A stretch of DNA of 64,000 bases, from contig OZ250169.1 of the NCBI GenBank assembly GCA_965237955.1, positions 6,880,001-6,944,000 on the forward strand. The letters run 5' to 3'. This document shows, piece after piece, positions 35,106 through 45,785 of this stretch. Position 1 is the stretch's first letter; each line of letters starts with the position of its first letter. A program made the translations under genes and the position numbers. This stretch comes from Candidatus Marinacidobacterales bacterium. Lineage in GTDB: Bacteria; Acidobacteriota; Vicinamibacteria; Marinacidobacterales; SMYC01. Under the pieces are notes generated by a model that saw nothing but the letters and a program-made list of their open reading frames with translations, did no database searches and had not been told where the DNA came from.

Positions 35106-36199
35106 CGCGTTCGAGAACCGAGATACTCCCTTCCCCGCTCCATCAGAGCCGCAAAGCCCTGTTCGTCCCCGGCGCGGACGACCGAGCGCAGACGCTCGAC
35201 TGCATAGAGAAGCGCCGACAGCGACTCGGTGCCGTAGTCGTTCAACGATTGGATCTCGAAATAGAGCCTCGGGTTGTCGTCGGAGACTTTGCGGGCAACC
35301 GCAAGTTGCTCGTCGAACGTCGTACTCGAGAGCTTCGCCAACGCCGGCGCCGCTTCACCGCTTTCCGCGAGCGCCGTGAAAAACGCGATGTTAAGCGCGT
35401 GCGACAACCCGAGCACGTACGCGATGATCCGGTCGTGGCTTTCGAGATCCATCTCGACGTGAACCGCCATCGTCGACGCAAACAGCTCTCGAGCGTCTCG
35501 CGTGGCATCGGCATGGCCGACGTCCACGAAGATGACGTGGCGTCCCGAAAGAAGCTCGGTGTCGGGTCCGAACATGGGATGGATGGAAGTCACCCGGGCG
35601 CCAGCACCCGCGAGCGCGCCGAGGCCGCTCCGGAGTGGGCTCTTGAGCGAGCCGATGTCGAACAGGAGTCCCTTGGGAGGATTTCGCGCCATCTCGATGA
35701 AAATGGCGTTGGTCACCACCAGAGGTGCGGCGGCGACGATGACATCGTGGTCGAGATCGCGCTCGGTCCACGAGTGGTACTGAGTGATCGCGCCGCCGAA
35801 AGGCTCGGGGTCGGCTATCTCGACTTCGAAGCCTTGTGAGCTCAAGAAGCGTACGAACCACCGTCCCATCTTGCCGGCGCCACCGATCACCAGCGCCCGC
35901 TTCCCCGACCCGCTCGAAGCGGTGACCAGACTTTGTTGCTCCTGCACCGCCAGCGCCGAGCGGATCAGGAGCAACATCAGCTCTTCCGCGAGACGGGTTG
36001 AAAGGTCGAGTTTCTCGGCGGTCGCGCGGGCTCTTTCAATGACGTTGCGCTCCTGCCGGAAGTCCCGAGTAGCGCGTCCTTGGTCCCGCTTGGTCTTGCC
36101 GATAGCCGACGCGAGTCGCCCTCGTTCGGCCACGAGCTCGAGAAGCTTTCCATCGACGTCCGCGAGCTGCGCGCGCAGACGTTCCAGTTCGGTATCCAT
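35102..36199 (-). CDS. tyrA: Bifunctional chorismate mutase/prephenate dehydrogenase
   Basis: N-terminal CM ([13 protein letters not shown]), [26 protein letters not shown]. Confidence 0.9.
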   Translation of the reverse strand: MDTELERLRAQLADVDGKLLELVAERGRLASAIGKTKRDQGRATRDFRQERNVIERARATAEKLDLSTRLAEELMLLLIRSALAVQEQQSLVTASSGSGKRALVIGGAGKMGRWFVRFLSSQGFEVEIADPEPFGGAITQYHSWTERDLDHDVIVAAAPLVVTNAIFIEMARNPPKGLLFDIGSLKSPLRSGLGALAGAGARVTSIHPMFGPDTELLSGRHVIFVDVGHADATRDARELFASTMAVHVEMDLESHDRIIAYVLGLSHALNIAFFTALAESGEAAPALAKLSSTTFDEQLAVARKVSDDNPRLYFEIQSLNDYGTESLSALLYAVERLRSVVRAGDEQGFAALMERGREYLGSRTR

Positions 36200-36261
36200 G
36201 GTCGTAATTGTAGAATAGGGCTGCTTCTTTTTCGAACGAAGCGACGAGGTTCCAAAAAAGC

Positions 36262-37035
36262 ATGCTCAAACACATCACTCTGTTCCTCGTGCTCGCGCAC
36301 GTCACTCCAGCTGCGGCGGAGACCGGCTTTCTCGCGCGCACCGTCGACGTGAACGGCAACTCGTACCGCTACCAGGTTTTCATTCCCGCCCAGTGGACTC
36401 CGGACGAGGAGTGGCCCGTGATCTTTTTCCTACACGGCGCGGGCGAGCGAGGCGACGATGGGGTGCGGCAAATGGACGAAGGGCTTCCCGAGATTCTGCG
36501 CGAGAAACCAGACTTTCCCGCGGTCGTCGTCATGCCGCAATGCCGGCGACGAACCTGGTGGGGCGATCCCGCCATGGAGGCACAAGCGTTCGCCACGCTC
36601 GAAGCTACGATCGAGGAGTTCAGGGGCGACCGGTCGCGGCTCTACCTCACCGGGCTTTCCTTGGGCGGATACGGCACTTGGGCGTTCGGCTACAAGTATC
36701 CGAAGAAGTTCGCGGCTCTCGTTCCTGTGAGCGGCGGCGTGACCTCACGTCGCTTCCCCGTGCCGGACTGGCACCCGGCCGAGCGCGCGCCAGCCGATCC
36801 GTACGCGGAAACGGCCCGTGGCATCGGAAACGTTCCCGTGTGGGCGTTTCACGGCGACCAGGACCGGAGTGTGCCGGTCGAAGAGTCGCGCAAATTGACC
36901 GAAGCCCTCGAACGGGCGGGAGGCAACGTGCGCTACACGGAGTATCCCGGCGTCCCTCACAACTCTTGGGATCGCGCATACGCCGAGGACGAGTTGATCC
37001 CCTGGCTCCTCTCCCAAATCAACGGAGAGGAGTAG
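36262..37035 (+). CDS. Secreted alpha/beta hydrolase (esterase/peptidase)
   Basis: [15 protein letters not shown] nucleophile, FHGDQD, HNSW. Confidence 0.88.
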   Translation: MLKHITLFLVLAHVTPAAAETGFLARTVDVNGNSYRYQVFIPAQWTPDEEWPVIFFLHGAGERGDDGVRQMDEGLPEILREKPDFPAVVVMPQCRRRTWWGDPAMEAQAFATLEATIEEFRGDRSRLYLTGLSLGGYGTWAFGYKYPKKFAALVPVSGGVTSRRFPVPDWHPAERAPADPYAETARGIGNVPVWAFHGDQDRSVPVEESRKLTEALERAGGNVRYTEYPGVPHNSWDRAYAEDELIPWLLSQINGEE

Positions 37036-37277
37036 CGCTTGCGGTCCAGCATTCAGCATCCAGTTATCTACCACCTCGCCGGTCAGCGATGTTGTTTAGC
37101 TTAGCTCAACGGCAGCACGGCGCTCGATATGCGACGACGCCAGTTACCGGCAGGGCGTGGAGTGAACTATTGAATTTAGATGCATGCAATCGTGCTCAGC
37201 AGAAACAATCGTCCCGGTGCGCAGCAACGGTTGACAAAGCCTCCCGCTAATAGGGAGACTGTCGCGAGGAGGCAGCC

Positions 37278-37805
37278 GTGGCCATCGATCGAGCTCTCAC
37301 CATCACGCTAGCGTTTCTTGCGCTCGCAGCGACCGCCGAGACCCAACTGACGAAGCTACCTGATGTCAGTGACGTCCGGCCCGAACGAGACCTCTCCAAC
37401 TACCGGACGTACACGTGGAACAAAAGCCAGGCCGTGCCCACCAAGAATATGGCCAACCATGTGCGGATCATCAACGCGATCCAGAAGCAAATGAAGCGCC
37501 ACGGCTACCGCATCGACACGGTGCACCCGGAAGTCCGGATACAGTACCGGCTCGAGGTGCGTGAGCGCGTTCAAGGAACTTCGACCCAACAGCGCTCGGT
37601 GTGGGACGACGCGAGCTCCACAGTGAAAATCGACTTCAACCGTGTGAAAGAGGCGCACTTCAGCGTTCAGTTCGTAGAGGCCGAATACAATTTCTTCCTG
37701 TGGGAAGCACAAGGAATCTATCCCGCGGGGACGCCCGACCGGGCTGAGCTCTTGATCAACAGAGCGGTAGAGGACATGTTCAAGCAGTACCCGTCGAAGG
37801 AGTAG
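37278..37805 (+). CDS. DUF4136-like exported protein
   Basis: Signal peptide, DLSNYRTYTW, AIQKQM..GY, LW..G, INRAVEDMFKQYP. Confidence 0.65.
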   Translation: MAIDRALTITLAFLALAATAETQLTKLPDVSDVRPERDLSNYRTYTWNKSQAVPTKNMANHVRIINAIQKQMKRHGYRIDTVHPEVRIQYRLEVRERVQGTSTQQRSVWDDASSTVKIDFNRVKEAHFSVQFVEAEYNFFLWEAQGIYPAGTPDRAELLINRAVEDMFKQYPSKE

Positions 37806-37844
37806 GTGCCGCAGACCGTCACCAACTTCACGTCCCACGTCACA

Positions 37845-38100
37845 CTGGTGAGCATCGTTTGCTGCTCGATGTCTCCTCCAGCATTCGGCCGAGCCTCGAC
37901 GGTATCAAGGCCGGTGCCTACCGCTTTCTCGGCGGCCTACGCGAAGGCGACACCGTGCTGATTGGATTCTTCAACCACGACCTGTGGTTCACGAAAGACT
38001 TCACTAACGATCCGGTGATCCTCGCCCGCGAGATCCGGGTGATGCGCGCGAGCGGCATGACGGCGCTGTACGACGCGATCCTCGCGTCTCTCGAAGAGCT
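37845..38100 (+). pseudogene. VWA-domain fragment
   Basis: LLLDVSSS (MIDAS) and G.TALYDAI; lacks N- and C-termini. Confidence 0.7.
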
Positions 38101-38161
38101 ATCGATCTGCTCGAAGCTCAGCGAGCTCTGCGCCTCTGCGGTGAGTCTTTCTTTTCCAGAG

Positions 38162-38896
38162 CTAGGGCAATATGGCGAAAGCGTTCAGCGGTGACGCGGT
38201 CGCGCCTTTCAGCCTGAGCGGATTCAACACCAGAACGAACTCGTACGTTCCGCGTTCCGCGAGGGCCGCCGCGAGCTCCGTCAAGTTCATGTTCTCGACG
38301 ATGTGGATGCCGTTCTCCGCGAGGAGAATCCGGTGTCCGGGAAACGGAAAACCCGCATCGAACGTGAGCTGGTCCGCACCTGCGAGAAAGACGTTCTTCT
38401 CCGCGAGCCAGTGCGCGGACTCCTCACCGATGCCCGCCAACGGCCGCATGTACTTCTCCCGATCGGCCTCGAAGTACTTCCCTTGGCCGGTGTGGATGAG
38501 GACGGAGTCCCCCGCGCGGACCTCGACGCCTTGTGCTTCGGCCGTTTCCTCGAGATCCGCCGCCGCAATCACGCCCGGCTCGAGGACGTCGACGCCTCGG
38601 TAGCGCGCGACATCCAGGAGAACACCGCAGTTGACGAATTTCTCTTTCGGATAAGTCTCGATCCCAAGAGCGGTTAGCCCCGCCGTCCCCTCGCTCGCGG
38701 CGGCATCGATACCACCGTAGAGTTTGCCGCCGGTCGATATATGACCGAGCGCGTCGATCGTGGGCGCGCCATGCTGCCCACTGAAAACGATGATGTCCGC
38801 GGCAAACGATATTCCCGGAACCATGCCCTCGCTCTCCCGATGGCTGGTGTGGAGCGATAGCCGATACGGGGGATTGAGAGGCAGCAGCGGCGAGTC
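38162..38896 (-). pseudogene. Cyclase (kynurenine formamidase-like) family gene, 5'-truncated by IS
   Basis: GQHGAPTIDALGH, GVLLDVA, GDSVLIHTG, HIVENMNL, GATASP; upstream end is the IS inverted repeat. Confidence 0.8.
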
Positions 38897-39987
38897 GTTG
38901 CCTTGGTGCACAACTCGCGATCTCGGTCCACAATTGTCCTTTACTCACGGATTCGAGGTTCCCCATGAGCATTTTCAAACGCACTCAGCGGAAGTATGTG
39001 AAGAAGGCCTATCGCGTGAGGAATTGGCGTGAATATGAGGCGGGTCTACGCAACCGTGGGAGCCTGACCGTCTGGATCTCGCTCACCGCCGGCAAGCTTG
39101 TGAACTGGGACGCGCCCCGGCCGAGGAGGAGGAAACCGGGCCGTCAACGCAAGTACTCGAACCACGCCATCGAGACGGCTGTCACCCTGGGCATGGTGTT
39201 TCATCTGTCATCTAGGCAGAGCGAGGGATTGCTGCGATCGTTGTTCGCTCTGATGAAGCTAGACAATGATGTGCCCGATCACACCACAATTCGAGGCGCA
39301 AGGCGAAGCTGGGTAAGGTCCCCTTCTACCAAGGCAAGCAGAAGACGCCGTTGCACATCTTGATCGACAGCAGCGGTCTCGCTGCCCACGCCGGCCAGCT
39401 GCGCAGAGCACCAAAGAGCAGGGACTATCGCAAGCTCCATCTGTGTGTCGACGAGCAGAGTGGCGAAGTCGTCGCCGGCGAGCTTGACGAGCAAAAGAGC
39501 CCGCGATTCATCGCGGGTTGCATCGCTTGTCGGACAGATCGACAGTCCCATCTCATCGGCCAGAGCTGACACCGCATACGACGCCGGCGGCGTCTATGAG
39601 GCGATCGAGAATCACAGCGCTCATTGCTCGCCGAGGGTGCTGATACCGCCGCGCAAGGGCGCCCAGCTCGCATCGGGGCCGGCGAGCAGCCGACAGCGCA
39701 ATCGCAACATTGCAGCACAAGCTCGGCTCGGCAAACGAAAGTGGCACACAGAATCGGGCTACAGCAAACGGAGCAAAGTCGAGACAACGTTCCATCGCTA
39801 CAAGGCTATCGTGGGCTCAGCGATGCGAGCGAGAGGGTTGGCGGCACAGAGAGTCGAGGCAAGGATCGGGTGCAAGATTCTCAACACCATGACGGCGCTC
39901 GGGATGCCTGATAGCGAGATGATCGGATGATGGGAGTCGGGGCCAAGCGAGCTCTCGGCCTCTATCGGAGTTGTGCACCAAGGCAAC
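38897..39987 (+). mobile_element. IS5-family (IS903-like) insertion sequence with frameshifted transposase
   Basis: 20-bp perfect IR GTTGCCTTGGTGCACAACTC at 38897-38916 and 39968-39987; YRVRNW.EYEAGLRNRGSLTVW, IDSSGL, ADTAYD, SGYSKRSKVET split over 3 frames. Confidence 0.92.
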
Positions 39988-40015
39988 AACTCGCAGCATC
40001 CGCGAACCGTCATGA

Positions 40016-40762
40016 TCAGCGAATAGCTGCTGCCGCGCTCGCTCGAGCCCGAAACCCATCGATGCCCGTTCGATGGCCCTGGTACTCGTCTCGATCGGTG
40101 AGTATCTCGGTATCGTAGGCGGAAAGAAACTGTAGTTTGGCCTCCGCCGCACCAGCGTCATCGAACTTCGCCTCGGCGATAGCATGCTCCAACATGATCC
40201 CGAGGAGATGGTCCGGCACCGACCGGCGGATCGCGTCGAGCTCAGCCTGCGCGCTCTCGGTGTCGACGACAGTGACATGAATCAGCCCGACGTGATAGTG
40301 CGCGTCGTTGTCGAGTGTCCCCAACTGCCCGTATGCCTCGAGCACCATCGGAGCAAACCGTCGGGCTTCCGCGGTATCGCCCCGCTCGCTCGCGGCCATG
40401 ACGTGATTGAACAGCTGTTCGGCCGCCTGCACCGGAGTGATGTTGCCAACCGTGGTCGCATTCGCCGTCGACGTTGCCGGCGTCGTGGACGGGGCCGCGC
40501 TGTCCTGACTATCGAGGATCATGAACGCGCCGACAACGGCAAGGACCACACCGACGGCACCGACCGCAATCCACGGCACGGTGTCCTTCGCGCGCGCCGC
40601 ACCCGTAAGCGACGCGCCACACTGCTGGCAGAACCGAGCCCCAGGTGAGGCCTCCGTCCCGCACGACGGGCAGGTCAGTCGAATCTTTTCACCGCACTGA
40701 CCGCAGAATTTTCCGATAGTTTCGGCCCCGCACTTGGAGCATGTCACGGACTTCGAGCTCAT
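40016..40762 (-). CDS. Double zinc-ribbon membrane protein with helical C-terminal domain
   Basis: CSKCG..FCGQCG..CPSCG..FCQQCG, TM helix, helical C-terminus. Confidence 0.75.
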   Translation of the reverse strand: MSSKSVTCSKCGAETIGKFCGQCGEKIRLTCPSCGTEASPGARFCQQCGASLTGAARAKDTVPWIAVGAVGVVLAVVGAFMILDSQDSAAPSTTPATSTANATTVGNITPVQAAEQLFNHVMAASERGDTAEARRFAPMVLEAYGQLGTLDNDAHYHVGLIHVTVVDTESAQAELDAIRRSVPDHLLGIMLEHAIAEAKFDDAGAAEAKLQFLSAYDTEILTDRDEYQGHRTGIDGFRARASAAAAIR

Positions 40763-41003
40763 CCCGTCAACTTACCACGGCAGCAGTAAGCCCCCTCACC
40801 CGGCTCGCTTACGCGAGCCTCTCCCCCAAGGCAATTTGAAAGGCCGAGTTGCTCCCGATCGCCCGTGGTTGATGGCGCGGTGATATCCATCCAGCGAGGA
40901 GATCGTCTATACGTGATGCGAGGCAAGCGTTGTTTCTGACGGTAGCGATTCTCGCGCTCGGCTCGAGCGCGTTGGCGCAGCGCGTCCCGCCTGGACGCCG
41001 TCG

Positions 41004-41362
41004 CTAGTCCGACGAAGTCGGCGTTACGAGAGCGCGGAACACTTCGCTTCCGAAGCGGCGGACGATCTCGTTGCGGCGCGGAAGATCGTAGACCTGCGAC
41101 ATAAAGACGGCGACGATCTCGTTCTCCGTGTCGATCCAGAACTCGCTCCCGTAGAAGCCGCCCCACCCGACGACACCTTCCGGTATCCCGTCTCGCGCTG
41201 AGTGCGTGATCGACCATCTGGTCTTCGACGAGACTCTCGAGACTCATCTGCAGCGCCCCGACATCGACGGGAAGGAGGGGCCGCCTCCTGCGTCGCCGGC
41301 GCGCACGAAACGGACGCGACGACGGTCGCGATCCCGACAGCTAGTCTCCATCGTTGAGACAT
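41004..41362 (-). pseudogene. Serine hydrolase (beta-lactamase family) reduced to signal peptide + C-terminus
   Basis: Lipoprotein-like signal MSQRWRLAVGIATVVASVSC; manual translation GWGGFYGSEFWIDTENEIVAVFMSQ...* ending 41004. Confidence 0.7.
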
Positions 41363-41373
41363 TTCGATTCCTT

Positions 41374-41955
41374 TCAAGGCTTCACGGTGACGAAAAAGTC
41401 GGCCTCGATCACGACCGAGCTAGCACCGAGCTCAATCGACTGGATATCCATCGACTCGAGACGCACGGTGCCGGCGCCGCGTGAGGTGAGCTGAGCAACG
41501 TAGCTTTCGACGGGCGGGCTGGCTCGAATTCGCAAGAGCGGAGCGAGCTGCCTTTCGATGAGCGTCGAGAACACTGCGAACAGTTTGTGATCGGCTTCGA
41601 ACCGCGCCTCGTCCAGGAAGATGTCGCCATCGGCGTATCGAGGCACGCCGCTCACGATAATGTCGAAGTTATCTCCCGCACCGACGCACCTGCCCGCCAC
41701 CTGCTTCCCGGCGCGCCCCGCGAAAAGAAACCGCAGTTGCAAGCGCGCGCCGATCGCGCTCACGCGGTGATCTTGAATGAACGCGTAAGCACAGGTCTCT
41801 TCCGGGCCACCCTGGAGGTAGCGGCGCCCGCCTTCGGTGAGAAATGTAGTGACGATTATTCGTTCCATCGACGCATAGGCTACGTCGAGCTTGCCAGCTG
41901 TCGCCGTTTCCCCGCTCAGGAGAACAAGTACCAGCCCCGCCGCGAACGCCCTCAT
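41374..41955 (-). CDS. Hypothetical exported protein
   Basis: Signal peptide MRAFAAGLVLVLL; beta-rich body with a Cys pair. Confidence 0.6.
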   Translation of the reverse strand: MRAFAAGLVLVLLSGETATAGKLDVAYASMERIIVTTFLTEGGRRYLQGGPEETCAYAFIQDHRVSAIGARLQLRFLFAGRAGKQVAGRCVGAGDNFDIIVSGVPRYADGDIFLDEARFEADHKLFAVFSTLIERQLAPLLRIRASPPVESYVAQLTSRGAGTVRLESMDIQSIELGASSVVIEADFFVTVKP

Positions 41956-42010
41956 GACCGCCTCCGTTCTAAAGTGTTCAGACGCGCATCCTACCACTGC
42001 GGACAGCGGC

Positions 42011-42559
42011 TCAGGCGAGTCGATGGTGGACGGTGTAGCGCGCGATCTCTTCCTGTTGATCCGCTGACGCGACCTCGACCGAAAACACGATGTCAGGAGG
42101 GAACAGTTCGGCGAAGTGGCTCTGACAGGCGACAAGAATTTCTCCCCGGTCGGCATCGAAAGGAACGTCTTCGAGGTGCCATACCGCTTCTCCGCCCTCA
42201 GCGGACACCTCGAGATCGATGCGGCGTGCGCGGGAGAGGTCGATCCCACCGAGGCGGTGTACGAGTAGTCGGCCGGATTCAGGAAAGAGAACCTCGGCCG
42301 TCTGTCCTGGAGTCATCTCGTTGATTCGTTCGATTCGTCCCTCTCGTTCGAGGCTGGCGAATCGGGAAGGAGAAAGGATGGTTGGCGCGGCGTCGGCGAT
42401 CGACGTCAACAGGCCGGCGAGCCGTTCGGCTTCCGAGGAGCAGATCGCGCAACGAAACAGATGCGACTCGAGCTCCTGGTCATCGGATTCGGGTAGCTCC
42501 CCTTTCAGATAGTCGAGAAGCCCACCGAGTGGAATGGGCTTTCCGCAAGCTTGTTTCAC
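42011..42559 (-). CDS. Zinc-binding anti-sigma factor-like protein
   Basis: LLDY..GEL..ELESHLFRCAIC (HxxxCxxC); GTG overlaps sigma stop. Confidence 0.75.
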   Translation of the reverse strand: MKQACGKPIPLGGLLDYLKGELPESDDQELESHLFRCAICSSEAERLAGLLTSIADAAPTILSPSRFASLEREGRIERINEMTPGQTAEVLFPESGRLLVHRLGGIDLSRARRIDLEVSAEGGEAVWHLEDVPFDADRGEILVACQSHFAELFPPDIVFSVEVASADQQEEIARYTVHHRLA

Positions 42560-43122
42560 GCTTCCGCCCTCTCCGACGGTCGTTCGACGCATTCTCTCAG
42601 GCGCGCGATGGCCCGGTGACGGATCACCCGCACGTTCCCCGGTGTCGTTCCCAGAGCTTCCGCCGCCTCGGCCGCCGTGGCATCCTCTTGATAGAGGAGA
42701 AAGAGTAGACGCGACTCTCGAGGCGGTAGCTCGGCGAGACACTCTTCCACCCGGCGCGTCACCACCAGCTCCCAAGGAGGGGTGACGGCTTGAGCGGACT
42801 CCGCTGACAACCGCCTTTCGGTCTCCGCGACCCGTTTTTCGCGGCGGCGCACGGAGTGGGCCACGTTTCGGCAGGTGCCGAGCATGAACCGGTCGATCCT
42901 CTCCAGATCCTCCACCCGACCGGCGCGAAGGGCCTCAAGCACAATCACCATGACTTGTTGTGCCAGATCTTCGGCCGCCGTTACATCGAATCGTAAATGT
43001 TTTAGCCCGTATAGCCTGGCTCGGTTCAGAAAGCGCCGGCAGAGCTCGGTCTCACTCGCCGCGGCGTCGTCGCCTCCGGCGGCGACGGTCCGGGCGACGT
43101 CGGCGTCGGTCGGGGATCCCAC
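42556..43122 (-). CDS. ECF sigma factor
   Basis: AEDLAQQV (region 2), EAAEALGTTPGNVRVIRHRA (region 4). Confidence 0.88.
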   Translation of the reverse strand: MGSPTDADVARTVAAGGDDAAASETELCRRFLNRARLYGLKHLRFDVTAAEDLAQQVMVIVLEALRAGRVEDLERIDRFMLGTCRNVAHSVRRREKRVAETERRLSAESAQAVTPPWELVVTRRVEECLAELPPRESRLLFLLYQEDATAAEAAEALGTTPGNVRVIRHRAIARLRECVERPSERAEA

Positions 43123-43207
43123 GAGGGAGATGTTATCAAGGAAATCAACATTCGATGCGTAACGCTACCGACGGTTCTGACACGTGTGGGTGAAGGAGAC
43201 GAGAACC

Positions 43208-43957
43208 ATGACACTTCCCAAGACGGTTACCAACACCGAATCCGGCACGAGCATCGAAGAGATCGCCGAGGACCTGTTTCGCATCAGCACTCCGATTGAT
43301 CCCGAGGTCATGCCGGGTGGCTTCACCTTCAACCAGTTTCTGATTGTCGACGACGAGCCCCTTCTCTTTCACACTGGGCCCCGCCGTCTTTTCCCCGTCA
43401 CTCGGGACGCCGTCCAGCACGTTCTTCCGCTCGAGCGCCTCCGTTTCATCGCTTTTTCTCACGTGGAAGCCGACGAGTGCGGTTCTCTGAACGATTGGCT
43501 GCGAGCGGCACCGAGCTCCCAGCCGCTCTGTAGCGGCATTGCCGCCATGGTGTCCATCACCGACCTCGCCGACCGGCCGCCCCGCAGTCTCGCGGACGGC
43601 GAGCAAGTGTCACTCGGCCGGCACCGGCTCACCTGGATGGCCACACCCCACCTCCCCCACGGATGGGAATGCGGCTATTTCTACGACGAGCGCTCCCGAA
43701 CGCTCCTGTGCGGCGACCTGTTCAGTCAGCCGGGGCACGAGGTCCCCGCGGTCAGCACCTCCGAGGCTGCCATCTGGGAGCCGAGCGAGGCGTTTCGCGG
43801 ATCGTTTTCCTACTACGCGAGCCTTCGCGACCCCAAGGCCCTCACCGAGAAGCTCGCCGCGAACGAGCCCGAGCTACTCGCCTGCATGCACGGGTCCTCT
43901 TACCGGGGAGACGGCGCGAGGTTGCTGCGACGGCTCGGCGAGGCGCTCGCCGCCTGA
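43208..43957 (+). CDS. MBL-fold metallo-hydrolase (FprA/ODP-like)
   Basis: FNQFLI.DDEPLLFHTG, SHVEADECG, PHLPHGWE, LLCGDLF, ACMHG. Confidence 0.85.
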   Translation: MTLPKTVTNTESGTSIEEIAEDLFRISTPIDPEVMPGGFTFNQFLIVDDEPLLFHTGPRRLFPVTRDAVQHVLPLERLRFIAFSHVEADECGSLNDWLRAAPSSQPLCSGIAAMVSITDLADRPPRSLADGEQVSLGRHRLTWMATPHLPHGWECGYFYDERSRTLLCGDLFSQPGHEVPAVSTSEAAIWEPSEAFRGSFSYYASLRDPKALTEKLAANEPELLACMHGSSYRGDGARLLRRLGEALAA

Positions 43958-44045
43958 ATCAACGACGAGCGCTTCCTTGCCCTCGATGCCACTGCGACAG
44001 CCCGACCGCAAGTAGCCCCGCTCAGGAGCTCACGCCGGGGCACGC

Positions 44046-44182
44046 CCTTCGACAGCGCCCGCGACGGCCGGCTCGTCGTGTCGAACATCCTGATCGGCGG
44101 GCGGAACAGCTCGGACCGTCCGAAGCTGGTGGTGGTGCTGAACTGGTTCGAAGTCGTCGAGCGGCTGGCGCCGAAGCGTTAG
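44046..44182 (+). pseudogene. C-terminal remnant of kinase/TolB-propeller protein
   Basis: FDSARDGRLVV...LVVVLNWFEVVERLAP*. Confidence 0.65.
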
Positions 44183-44189
44183 ACGTTCC

Positions 44190-45323
44190 TCAGACGGACT
44201 CTTTGAAGATCTCGACCAGTGTCCCAGCGTCCGTACGATTCAAAGTGGCGTTGACGGCAACGAGGAAACCGCCGAGCTCGGGTCTGGGCCTCGACAACAG
44301 AACGCCTTTCGTCCTCAGATTGTCGCGTAACGTTTCCAAGTCTGTTCCCCGGACGATCAATTTGAAGATGTTACTGCCGTTGGGAATCTTCTCGATATCG
44401 AAGGAGCTCTCTTGCTTCAGTAACGAGAAAAACTCGGTCGCGGTTTGGATCGCTCTGGCGTAATCCGCCTCGAAACGCTCGAAATAGTGTAGAGCCACGG
44501 CGGCGAATGGCCACGCGCCGGGAAGTCCACCACCGAACATCCGCCGGGTGTGATACATCCCGTCGATCACTTCGTTCGACCCGGCCAGGATCGCGCCCGA
44601 CACCCCGTTGAAGTACTTGAAAGTCGATACGTAGACCGTATCGAAATGGGATGCATACTCCCTCGGTGCAATTCCCGTGTATCCCGATGCCATATAGAGC
44701 CGGGCGCCATCCAGGTGGGTTTTGATGCCGTTGTCTCTGGCGAAAGCACAGACCTTTTTCATTTCCCCGTAGTCGAACATCTCGCCGAGCTTCCGCCGAA
44801 CAGGCGACTCGATCATGATGGCGCCGACGCCGGTCGTCACCCTACCGGAGCTCGTACGGTCGACGACTTGCCTGACTTGCTCGAGCGTGAACGTCGCCGT
44901 ATCGGAAACCAAGGGCACGAGGTTGAGCCGGCTCAACTGCTGCGCGCAGTCGCCGGAATCGTTATAGAGATGGCTGTCATGGGGAACGATGACTCGAGTT
45001 CTCTCCCCTGCCAGTTCCCTTACGGCAATGTGATTGGCGAGCGTGCCGGTGGGAAAATAAATCGCCCGCTCTTTTCCCAGGGCCTCGGCCATCTTGGTCT
45101 CCAGCTCCTCGACGACGCCTCCTCGTGAATAAGAGTCCGCTTCGATGCCCTTGTCGTCGATGATCTTCTGGAGCAGGTCGACATATTCCGCGGGAGTAAG
45201 CGAGAGACCAGAACCAAAGAGCTTGACGCGGTCTTCGGCTACCGCTGCGCTCGAAAACGTAGCGCCCAGAAACGGCGTCGCGGTCATCACTTTCATAAAA
45301 CTTCTGCGCCCGGCAGGATTCAT
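44190..45323 (-). CDS. Threonine aldolase family PLP enzyme with Tat signal
   Basis: GRRSFMK Tat motif; PTGTLAN, HLDGARL, DTVYVSTFK. Confidence 0.85.
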   Translation of the reverse strand: MNPAGRRSFMKVMTATPFLGATFSSAAVAEDRVKLFGSGLSLTPAEYVDLLQKIIDDKGIEADSYSRGGVVEELETKMAEALGKERAIYFPTGTLANHIAVRELAGERTRVIVPHDSHLYNDSGDCAQQLSRLNLVPLVSDTATFTLEQVRQVVDRTSSGRVTTGVGAIMIESPVRRKLGEMFDYGEMKKVCAFARDNGIKTHLDGARLYMASGYTGIAPREYASHFDTVYVSTFKYFNGVSGAILAGSNEVIDGMYHTRRMFGGGLPGAWPFAAVALHYFERFEADYARAIQTATEFFSLLKQESSFDIEKIPNGSNIFKLIVRGTDLETLRDNLRTKGVLLSRPRPELGGFLVAVNATLNRTDAGTLVEIFKESV

Positions 45324-45489
45324 CTGTGCTCCTTCTCCAAAAAATGGAATCTATCATCAACCGTTCTTGCGAGGTCATCGAACGACGGCCTTGACGCATC
45401 GAAACAAATTCAAGACAACCGGGAGGTTTCTGCCGCGGATTTCGTCTTATATAATCACCACAGCCAGCACGGTCGTTCGAGAGGCCGAT

Positions 45490-45712
45490 CGAGGCGTCCG
45501 CGTCGACGCCCCTCACGATGTGCCCTTGCGAATCCGCTCCATTTCGCTTCCGCGGTAGTCCTCGATCGAATCGTTCATCTCCTCGACCGTGACAGGCCGC
45601 TGATCGCGTCGCTTCAGGAACCCAAACAAATCACGCACCGAGCCTTTGATGGTTCGCACTCGGACCGTGCCGTCGTCTTCGATGATGAACTCCGACTCGT
45701 CGCCGTCGACAT
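45490..45712 (-). pseudogene. AbrB-type antitoxin remnant plus first codons of a PIN toxin (VapBC scar)
   Basis: GDESEFIIEDDGTVRV..SVRDLFG.L..PVTVEEMNDSI* with GTGA overlap into MRGVD. Confidence 0.6.
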
Positions 45713-45785
45713 TCCTTGCCTCATGTCATTGCCTTACGTTAAGTAAGAGTAGCTCATTTAACTTCTCGTCTTTGGCCGGACAGGG

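Noticed and set aside
37095-37150. TAGCTCAACGGCAG resembling a tRNA D-arm
   Set aside because: No T-arm, acceptor stem or CCA can be built.
40791-40830. CCCCTCACCCGGCTCGC...GCGAGCCTCTCCC REP-like hairpin
   Set aside because: Single copy in the window; cannot be established as a repeat family.
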